DNA from: Steroidobacteraceae bacterium
GTDB lineage: Bacteria; Pseudomonadota; Gammaproteobacteria; Steroidobacterales; Steroidobacteraceae
Direction of reading: 5' to 3'
Assembly: GCA_035566495.1 (NCBI GenBank)
Contig: DATMRG010000012.1
Span: 1 to 62,810, forward strand
DNA length: 62,810 nt
The notes under the pieces are model-generated. The model made no database searches, was not told the DNA's origin, and saw nothing but the letters and a program-made list of their open reading frames with translations. Position numbers and translations under genes: made by a program. Below, one piece after another: positions 19,148 through 25,987 of this stretch; within the stretch, counting starts at the first letter, position 1; every line of letters starts with the position of its first letter.

Positions 19148-20028
19148 GCCCTGAGCGCGAATCCCCAGGCGATGACGATCTCGGCGATGGCGACGGCGCC
19201 CGCGAGCCATTGTGGGATCCGCTCGAGGAGCCGGCGCGAGGTGCCCGTCGCCGCTGCGACGCCGAGCAGCACGCCCGTCGTGAAGCCCGCGAGGTGCGCC
19301 ACGAGATCGGTGCCCTCCCCCGCCGAGCCCGTCCAGCCGAGGAGAACCACGCCGGCGACGAGCGGACCCCAGCGCCGTCCCCAGTGTTGCGGCAGGTGGA
19401 AGCGCTCGCGCCACGAGTAGGCGGACATGAGGCCGAGCGCCGTGAACACAGCGGTCGAGGCACCCACCGCGCTGTGCTCGGGTGGTCCGGTCAGACCCTC
19501 GAGAAGATTCGCGAGGGCGGCACCGGTGACGATGAGGAACCAGGAGGTCCCGGAGCCGATCTGCCGCGCAGCGAGATAGCCGAACCAGACTCCGGCGCCG
19601 AGGTTGGCCGCGAGGTGCGGGCCATCGAGATGGAGCGTCAGCGCGGTCCAGGCCCGCCACAATTCCCCGGCCTGCACGCGCGAGCAATCGAGTGTGCCGA
19701 GATCGAAGGCGTCGAGCCGCACCAGGCCGTTGCCGACCACGTAGGCGACACCGACGAGCGTCACGACGTAGACGATGCATCCGACCCAGGCGAAAGCGTG
19801 CAGGCGCGGCGGCGGCGGTGGGGGCGGCGGCGCTCGGTTCTCCGACTCGTACTGCGCCAGATGGCGCGCCGCGTAGGCGGCGTCCTGCGGGTCCACCTGG
19901 ACGAGGAACTCGCCTTCGCCGGGCACCAGCTCCGCCACGACCCCGACCGCAAGGAGCACCAGTAGCCGCTCCTCGCAGGCGCGGCGGCGGCGCGAGCGAA
20001 ACACGGTAACGGCGGCGTCGCCGCTCAC
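19144..20028 (-). CDS. Rhomboid-family intramembrane serine protease (294 aa from GTG 20028)
   Basis: HLDGPHLAANLGAGVWFGY (HxxxN), GASTAVFTALG (GxSxxxF) and AHLAGFTTGVLLG (catalytic His helix). The GTG overlaps the upstream stop (GTGA). The N-terminal cytoplasmic region contains PPPPPPPP. Confidence 0.85.
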   Translation of the reverse strand: MSGDAAVTVFRSRRRRACEERLLVLLAVGVVAELVPGEGEFLVQVDPQDAAYAARHLAQYESENRAPPPPPPPPRLHAFAWVGCIVYVVTLVGVAYVVGNGLVRLDAFDLGTLDCSRVQAGELWRAWTALTLHLDGPHLAANLGAGVWFGYLAARQIGSGTSWFLIVTGAALANLLEGLTGPPEHSAVGASTAVFTALGLMSAYSWRERFHLPQHWGRRWGPLVAGVVLLGWTGSAGEGTDLVAHLAGFTTGVLLGVAAATGTSRRLLERIPQWLAGAVAIAEIVIAWGFALRA

Positions 20029-20819
20029 GAGGGGGGCGGCTCGGCGTCGTGCCGGCGCAGGTGCGTCGCGACGAGCAGCCGCCGCACCACATCTCCGAGG
20101 ATCTCGTACGCGGCTTCGGTGGATCGCGTCAGGCCGCGCGCAGTCGGCACGAAGTCGATCAGCGGGCGCTGCGGTGGCGGCGCCAACACGTGCGCGGGCG
20201 CGGGCTCGACCGCGAGCCCGGTGCTCATGAACTCCTGCGCCGCGCGCCACTCATGGCTGCTGCTCGTGACGAGCACGATGCGCGCGATACGATCGGCCTT
20301 GAGGAGCCGCGCCGAGAAGCGCGCATTGTCGAATGTATCGCGCGAGGCGCCCTCGACCCAGCGCGCGCGGATCCCGAAGTCGCGCGCGAGCACGGTGCTC
20401 ATCGCCAGTGCCTCGTTCGCGCTGCCCGAGACCAGCACCGGAAGCCCCGTGCGGCGCGCCACGTAGGCCCCGTAGCTGATGCGATCGAGCAGCTCGAAGC
20501 CGGCGGCGGGCCCGCCATATTCGGGCGCCATACGCGCGGTTCCGCCGCCCAGGATCACGATCGCCTGGCCGCGCACCGGCCGGCTCAGGTCGAGCGCAGG
20601 GTAATGCTCCGCGAGACGCGCGAGCGCATCCGCCACCACCAGCGTCGAGAGCAGCCAGAGTGTCACCAGGCCCGTCACGGCGAGCGCAACGCCGGCCTTC
20701 CTGGCCGTATGGCCCGCCCGGCCGCGCAGCAGCAGCCACAGGCCGGCGCCAGCGAGCAGCAACGGCCCCCCGGGGGGAAGCAGCAGCGTATGCAGAAACG
20801 ATTTCAACGTCACAAACAT
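20025..20819 (-). CDS. YdcF/ElyC/SanA (DUF218) family envelope-biogenesis protein
   Basis: From ATG 20819: MFVTLKSFLHTLLLPPGGPLLLAGAGLWLL..., then AIVILGGG...LDRISYGAYVARRTGLPVLVSG...TFDNARFSARLL...IVLVTSSSHEWRA. Confidence 0.8.
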   Translation of the reverse strand: MFVTLKSFLHTLLLPPGGPLLLAGAGLWLLLRGRAGHTARKAGVALAVTGLVTLWLLSTLVVADALARLAEHYPALDLSRPVRGQAIVILGGGTARMAPEYGGPAAGFELLDRISYGAYVARRTGLPVLVSGSANEALAMSTVLARDFGIRARWVEGASRDTFDNARFSARLLKADRIARIVLVTSSSHEWRAAQEFMSTGLAVEPAPAHVLAPPPQRPLIDFVPTARGLTRSTEAAYEILGDVVRRLLVATHLRRHDAEPPPS

Positions 20820-20836
20820 GCGCGTTCCCCGCGGCC

Positions 20837-22270
20837 TCAGATCCGGATCCGCTGCCAGGCGCGCGAGCGCCAGCGCAGGTAGAGCGTCGACCCGAGCACC
20901 ATGACATAGATGAGCACCGCCACCCAGCCTCCGACCGGGCCCCAGCCGAACTGCGGCAGGAAGTGCACCCAACCCTCGCCAGGCGCGAAGGTGAAGGCAT
21001 GCGCCAGCGGCACGAACAACAGCAACGACACGGTCAGCACCAGCAACGCCGGTATCCTGACATCGCCCGCGCCGCGCAGGCACATGCTGCTGCCGAGATT
21101 GAGGCCATCGAAGAACTGATAACCCGCGGCGAGCCATAGCAGCCGGACGCCCATCGCCACCGCGGCCCCCGCCTCGGCGTCATGCGACCCGGTGAAGAAC
21201 GGCAGAACCCACGGGCCTCCGAGCGCTATCACGACGCCGATCGCGCCCATGTAGAGAGCGGCCATCAGGATCACCCGGTTGCCGACCGTGAACGCCCAGT
21301 CGCGCGCGCCCGCGCCGATCGACTGGCCCACGAGTGTCGTGCCCGCAGAGGCGATGCCGAAGCCCGGCAAATAAGCGAGCGAGGTGAGCATGACGACGAT
21401 CTGCGTGGCGGCGCCGCCGGGGGTGCCGAGCCGCGTCTGCATCATCTGGAAGACAGCGAACCCGAGCAGATCGGCCGCCGGCGAGAGCCCCATCGGCACG
21501 CCGAGGCGCAGCTGCTGGAGCAGCACGCCGCGGTGCGCTCTCCAGGTGAGGTTCGAGTGATAACGACGACGGTAGTCGGCGCCGAGAAAGATCGCCAACG
21601 CCGCCAGGAGCCCGAGGAGCTGGGCGGCGTTGGTCGCCCAAGCGGAGCCGGCGATGCCCCAGCCGAGGTGGAAAATGAACAGCTGATTGAGCAGCGCATT
21701 GGCGACCGTGGTCAGGACGGTGATGAGCAGCGTCACGCGCGGGCGCCCGACGCCGTTGAAGAACCCGAACAGCGCCCACACCGCGGCACCGACCGAGGCG
21801 CCACCGACGCGCGGAAACCAGAACGCGGAGGCGAGACGCTCGACCCCGGGGTCGAAGCCGAACGGCGCGAGAATCAGGTGACGCGCGGCCCCCGCCAGCA
21901 CGAACAGCGGCGTGGCGAACAGCATCGCCCAGAGCGCGATCCAGACGGCCTGCCCCGCACGCCGGTAACGGCGCGCCCCGTGGTACTGGGCGACGAGCGT
22001 CTGCACCGCGGTGCCGGCGCCACCCAGTACCAGTACGACGGCGAACACCAGCCATTGCACCGCGCCGACCGCCGCGAGCGCCTTGGTCGAGACGCGCCCC
22101 ATGAACCACATGTCGGTGAGATTGAGCACGATCTGCACCGCGCTGTTGGCCATGAGCGGCAGCGCCAGCGCCAGCACCGCGCGCTGATCGACGTGCGTCT
22201 TGCCCGCGGCGTCGATGCGCTGCGCGGGCAAACGCGGGGCGGTGCTCGGCGTGTAGACCCGGGAATTCAT
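20837..22270 (-). CDS. MATE-family efflux transporter (477 aa)
   Basis: 12-TM profile with a MATE N-terminus, LALALPLMANSAVQIVLNLTDMWFMGRVSTKALAAVG, and internal duplication. Confidence 0.88.
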   Translation of the reverse strand: MNSRVYTPSTAPRLPAQRIDAAGKTHVDQRAVLALALPLMANSAVQIVLNLTDMWFMGRVSTKALAAVGAVQWLVFAVVLVLGGAGTAVQTLVAQYHGARRYRRAGQAVWIALWAMLFATPLFVLAGAARHLILAPFGFDPGVERLASAFWFPRVGGASVGAAVWALFGFFNGVGRPRVTLLITVLTTVANALLNQLFIFHLGWGIAGSAWATNAAQLLGLLAALAIFLGADYRRRYHSNLTWRAHRGVLLQQLRLGVPMGLSPAADLLGFAVFQMMQTRLGTPGGAATQIVVMLTSLAYLPGFGIASAGTTLVGQSIGAGARDWAFTVGNRVILMAALYMGAIGVVIALGGPWVLPFFTGSHDAEAGAAVAMGVRLLWLAAGYQFFDGLNLGSSMCLRGAGDVRIPALLVLTVSLLLFVPLAHAFTFAPGEGWVHFLPQFGWGPVGGWVAVLIYVMVLGSTLYLRWRSRAWQRIRI

Positions 22271-22328
22271 GGCAACATCTCGAGGAATCGGTCATTCTCG
22301 CACAACGATTCCCGCGACGAGGTCGTCC

Positions 22329-23342
22329 ATGGCAGCTCGCAAATCCGCCGCCGCCGCAGGCGCACGCCGCACGCCGGCACGCCGCCGTGGCCGGCTGGCG
22401 CCCGGCGGCAAGGCGCGCGGCCTCGATGCCGCGGAAGTCGCCGCGTCGCTCGAGGATCCGGCGCTGGCACCGCTCACCGCCCTGGTGCGCGCGGCGGGCG
22501 GCGCGCCGATCGGCGCCTACCACGAGCCGCTCGGCGGCCGCGCACTGCTGCTCGCCAGCCTGCCGCTCGCAGCGGTACAGCCGACCCCCTTTCAGCGCGA
22601 CCTCTCGCCGACGCACGCCAAGCGGCTCGCGCAGAAGATCGACGAGACCCAGGTGTTCCTCGATCCCATCATCGTGGTACGCGGCGAGGATGGGCGGCTA
22701 TGGACACCGAACGGCCGCCACCGCCTCGCGGCCGCCAAGGTCCTCGGCATGAAGCAGATCAGCGCGCTCATCTCGCCCGACGAGGCGCTCGCCTACCGCA
22801 TCCTCGCGCTGAATACCGAGAAGGCTCACAACCTCAAGGACCGGAGCCTCGAGGTGATCCGCATGGCCCGCAGCCTCGCCCGGAGCCGGGGCCGCGAGCC
22901 CGAGACGCAGTTCGCGGCGGAGTTCGAGGCGCCCGAGCTCCTCACCCTCGGCGTGGTGTACGAGCGCGCGCCGCGCTTCGCGGGCGGCGCGTACAGCGCC
23001 TTCCTCAAGAAGGTGGACCGCTTCAGCGAGCGGGGTCTCGCGGTGAGCCTGCGCCAGCGCGAGGATTACGCGGCGCGGCTCCTCGAGATCGACGCGCGCG
23101 TGAAGAGCCTCATCGCCGCACTCCAGGCGCGCGGCTTCAAGTCGCCGTACCTGCGCAACTACGTGGTCGCGCGCATCAACCCGGTGCGCTTCCACAAGGC
23201 CAAGAAGGGCGTCACCGCGCCACCGATGCCGATCGCGCAAGCGCTCACGCGCATGGCGGCCGCGGCGCGCGGCTTCAACGTGGGATCCGTGAGCAACTCC
23301 GACCTCGCCTGGGTCGCCGTCGGCGCGGGTGGCGGCGAGTGA
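22329..23342 (+). CDS. ParB/Srx-fold N-terminal domain protein, orphan (no ParA)
   Basis: QPTPFQRDLSPTHAKRLAQKI...DPIIVVRGEDGRLWTPNGRHRLAAAKVLG is a ParB-type GxxRxxA box. The track ORF starts at 22269, where its ATG overlaps the divergent MATE ATG (CATG). ATG 22329 is the more likely start. Confidence 0.7.
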   Translation: MAARKSAAAAGARRTPARRRGRLAPGGKARGLDAAEVAASLEDPALAPLTALVRAAGGAPIGAYHEPLGGRALLLASLPLAAVQPTPFQRDLSPTHAKRLAQKIDETQVFLDPIIVVRGEDGRLWTPNGRHRLAAAKVLGMKQISALISPDEALAYRILALNTEKAHNLKDRSLEVIRMARSLARSRGREPETQFAAEFEAPELLTLGVVYERAPRFAGGAYSAFLKKVDRFSERGLAVSLRQREDYAARLLEIDARVKSLIAALQARGFKSPYLRNYVVARINPVRFHKAKKGVTAPPMPIAQALTRMAAAARGFNVGSVSNSDLAWVAVGAGGGE

Positions 23343-23346
23343 GCGC

Positions 23347-23373
23347 AGAATCGCCGGCGGCAGGCGATTTTTC
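23347..23373 (+). terminator. Candidate intrinsic terminator after the ParB-like gene
   Basis: AGAATCGCC-ggcggca-GGCGATTTT followed by a T-run (stem about 23349-23355 / 23363-23369, Ts to 23372). Confidence 0.55.
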
Positions 23374-23377
23374 CTGT

Positions 23378-25258
23378 CTAGTACTTGAGCCCGTAGCCGT
23401 AGGGAAATAACGGCGTGGCCGCTGCGGCCGCCGTCGCGCTCGGTGCGCGCGGCCAGGTGAGCGGCAGGCGGCCGCGAAAATCGTGCGCGATTCGGCCGTC
23501 GCGCGCCCGGAACAGCACGTCCGCCACACCGCCCCCCTCGGCGCCCGGAAGCCAGGCCGCGACGAAGCTGTCGGCGGCGGCGAGCTCCGCCTCGATGAAG
23601 AGCGGCCGGCCCGAGATGAGCACCGCGACCACGGGGATCCCCTGTGCGTGCAGGCGCGCGAGCAGCGCGGCATCGTGCCGCGCGCCGGCGTAGGTGAGCG
23701 CCGGCACATCCCCCGCGCCCTCGGCGTAGCCATTCTCACCGAAGACGACGATCGCCACATCGGGGCGGGTGCTGAACTCGCCGCTCGGATTCAACTCCGC
23801 GCTGCCGCCGGCGGCCGACACCGCGGCACGGATGCCGGCGAAGATCGACTCCGAGGGGTGGATGTCGGTGCTCGGCCGCGTGCCCTGCCAGTCGATCGTC
23901 CATCCGCCGCATTGCTTCTGAACGTCGTCGGCGCCATCGCCGGCGACCAGTACGCGCGAGCGCGCTACGAGCGGCAGGAGCTGCCGCTCGTTCTTGAGGA
24001 GCACGAGTGACTCGCGCACGGCCTGCCGCGCCAGGGCGCGGTGCTGCGGGGATCCAAGCAGCTCGAAGTGCCCGGCGAATGGCCGCGCCGACGGCCGCCC
24101 CTCCTCGCGGAGACGGGCGCGCAGCTTCACCCGCAGGACGCGGCGCACCGCATCGTCGAGCCGCGCCGCCGGGATCTCGCCGGAGCTCACCTGCGCGAGC
24201 GTGTTGACGAAGAGCTGACGCCAGCCCTCGGGCGCCATGAGCACGTCGATGCCCGCGGTGACGGCCGGCACGCAGCTCACGAACGTGCAGCCGGGCACTT
24301 GCGCGTGTCCGTCCCAGTCGCCGACGACGAGCCCGTCGAACCCAATGCGCTCCTTGAGTACTTCGGTGAGCAGGGCGTGGTTGCCATGCAGCTTCACGCC
24401 CTGCCAGCTCGAGAACGAGGCCATCACGGTCTGCACGCCGGCGGCGATCGCGGCCACGTGGCCGGCCGCGTCGACCTCGCGCAGCTCGGTCTCGCTCGAG
24501 GGGTTGTCACCCTCGTCGTGGCCGCCGGTACCGCCGTCTCCCACGAAGTGCTTGGCGGTCGCCAGCACGTGCGCGGCGTCGAGAAACTCGCGCGAGCCGG
24601 GCCGGCCCTGCAGTCCCTCGACCAGCGCGGCGCCGGACTCGGCCACGAGCCGCGGATTCTCGCCGTAGCTCTCGTAGGCGCGCCCCCAGCGCGCGTCGCG
24701 CACCACGGCGAGGCTCGGCGCAAACGCCCAGTCGAGCCCGGTGACCCGCACCTCGAGCGCCGTGGCCGCGCCGATGCGGCGGATCAGCCGGGCGTCGCGT
24801 GCGGCGCCGAGGCCGATGTTGTGGGGGAAGATGGTGGCGCCCGGAATGTTGTTGTCGCCGTGCACGGCGTCCGTGGCCCACATCACCGGGATCGCGCCCG
24901 GCGTGGCGGTGGAGGCCGCATAGAACCGGTCCGCCAGGCTCAGCCACTCACCCGGTGAGGCCAGTTTGTCGTTGTTGGGCGCCACGTCGGCGCCGTTCAG
25001 CACCGAGCCGAGGGGAAAGTGCCGCAGATCGTCCGGGGTGATGCTGCCGATGTCAGCCTGAATGAGCTGACCCACTTTCTCGACCGGCGTCATGCGTGCC
25101 AGGAGCGCGCTGATGCGCGCCTCGAGACGAGCGTCGGCCGGCAGCGCCGGCGCCGGGCGGGGCCAGTCGCCGGGGTGCACGAGCGGCGCGGCGGCGGAGC
25201 TGCCGGCCAGCATCAGGGAGGCGACGAACATCGTGCCGCGCGTCGCCGCGAGTTTCAT
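23378..25258 (-). CDS. Glycoside hydrolase family 3 (periplasmic beta-glucosidase/exo-glucanase-like), 626 aa
   Basis: From ATG 25258: signal peptide MKLAATRGTMFVASLMLAGSSAAAP, MTPVEKVGQLIQ, GH3 catalytic region GFDGLVVGDWDGH, and KHFVGDGGT. The upstream 213 codons of the track ORF overlap the sigma-factor gene and are rejected. Confidence 0.88.
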   Translation of the reverse strand: MKLAATRGTMFVASLMLAGSSAAAPLVHPGDWPRPAPALPADARLEARISALLARMTPVEKVGQLIQADIGSITPDDLRHFPLGSVLNGADVAPNNDKLASPGEWLSLADRFYAASTATPGAIPVMWATDAVHGDNNIPGATIFPHNIGLGAARDARLIRRIGAATALEVRVTGLDWAFAPSLAVVRDARWGRAYESYGENPRLVAESGAALVEGLQGRPGSREFLDAAHVLATAKHFVGDGGTGGHDEGDNPSSETELREVDAAGHVAAIAAGVQTVMASFSSWQGVKLHGNHALLTEVLKERIGFDGLVVGDWDGHAQVPGCTFVSCVPAVTAGIDVLMAPEGWRQLFVNTLAQVSSGEIPAARLDDAVRRVLRVKLRARLREEGRPSARPFAGHFELLGSPQHRALARQAVRESLVLLKNERQLLPLVARSRVLVAGDGADDVQKQCGGWTIDWQGTRPSTDIHPSESIFAGIRAAVSAAGGSAELNPSGEFSTRPDVAIVVFGENGYAEGAGDVPALTYAGARHDAALLARLHAQGIPVVAVLISGRPLFIEAELAAADSFVAAWLPGAEGGGVADVLFRARDGRIAHDFRGRLPLTWPRAPSATAAAAATPLFPYGYGLKY

Positions 25259-25291
25259 GAGCCATAGGATACACACACGAGGTTCGCGCCC

Positions 25292-25912
25292 ATGCTCAAT
25301 ACGGTAACCGCCGCCCCTGACAGCCCGCCCGCCGGCGCCGCCGCGCACGGTGTGCCCGATCTGCTCCTCATCGAGCGGGCGCGCGCCGCCGATATGCGTG
25401 CGATCGAGACGCTGCTGCGCCGCTACGTGCAGCGGCTGTTCAGAATCGCCCGCAGCTCGCTCGGCGACGAGGAGGCCGCCGAGGGCGCGGTGCAGGAGGC
25501 GTGCGTCGCGGCCTTCGACGAGCTCCGGCGCCACGAGCCCGCGGGCAAGTTCGCCGTCTGGCTCACGCGCCTCGCACTCGGGCAGCTGCAGGCACGGCGC
25601 GAGGCCGCACGTCCGGCGGCGCGCCCGGCGCCGGTGTATCGCCATCCGCTCGAGCCCGCGATCGATGCGCTGCCGGAGGTGTTTCGAACGGTGTTCGTGC
25701 TGCGGGTTATCGAAGGCATCAGCGGCACCGAGACCGCGGCCGCCCTCGGTCTCAATGTCACGACGGTGCGCACGCGGCTGTTCCGCGCGCATCGGCGCCT
25801 GAGCGGCGGCACGGGGCTGCAGGCGTCGCAGGGCGTGTTCGGGCTCGATAGCGCGCGCGCCGAGCGCATCGTCAGCGAGGTACTCGCTCGCCTGCACAGC
25901 CGCGGCGCTTGA
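25292..25912 (+). CDS. ECF-type RNA polymerase sigma-70 family factor (206 aa)
   Basis: The region-2-like segment is LLRRYVQRLFRIARSSLGDEEAAEGAVQEACVAAF. The region-4 HTH is FRTVFVLRVIEGISGTETAAALGLNVTTVRTRLFRAHRRL. SD GAGG lies 8 nt before the ATG. Confidence 0.85.
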   Translation: MLNTVTAAPDSPPAGAAAHGVPDLLLIERARAADMRAIETLLRRYVQRLFRIARSSLGDEEAAEGAVQEACVAAFDELRRHEPAGKFAVWLTRLALGQLQARREAARPAARPAPVYRHPLEPAIDALPEVFRTVFVLRVIEGISGTETAAALGLNVTTVRTRLFRAHRRLSGGTGLQASQGVFGLDSARAERIVSEVLARLHSRGA

Positions 25913-25936
25913 CGTTCACGCGGGTGCTGTGTGTAC
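25908..25936 (+). promoter_or_regulatory. Candidate sigma-70-type promoter for the Wzi-like gene
   Basis: TTGACG (25908-25913, overlapping the sigma-factor stop), a 17-nt spacer, then TGTACT (25931-25936). Read by eye only. Confidence 0.3.
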
Positions 25937-25941
25937 TCCGG

Positions 25942-25964
25942 TCCGGGCGCCGCCGGCGCCCGGA
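25942..25964 (+). promoter_or_regulatory. Strong GC hairpin in the 5' region of the Wzi-like gene
   Basis: TCCGGGCGCC-gcc-GGCGCCCGGA forms a perfect ~10-bp stem with no U-tract. It lies between the candidate promoter and the SD AGGAG (25970-25974). Confidence 0.5.
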
Positions 25965-25987
25965 CGCTCAGGAGTCAACGCGGCATC

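Noticed and set aside
18041-20092. 683-aa minus-strand ORF spanning the GumN-like and rhomboid genes.
   Set aside because: It crosses two well-supported genes on different strands and frames, and its translation is Arg/Gly/Ala-rich.
21182-23410. 742-aa plus-strand ORF and 478-aa minus-strand ORF (21180-22616) across the MATE and ParB-like genes.
   Set aside because: They are out of frame or antisense to a 12-TM MATE transporter and a ParB-box protein, and have no motifs of their own.
25259-25897. Upstream 213 codons of the 839-aa GH3 track ORF.
   Set aside because: They overlap the ECF sigma gene on the opposite strand. A textbook signal peptide begins at ATG 25258.
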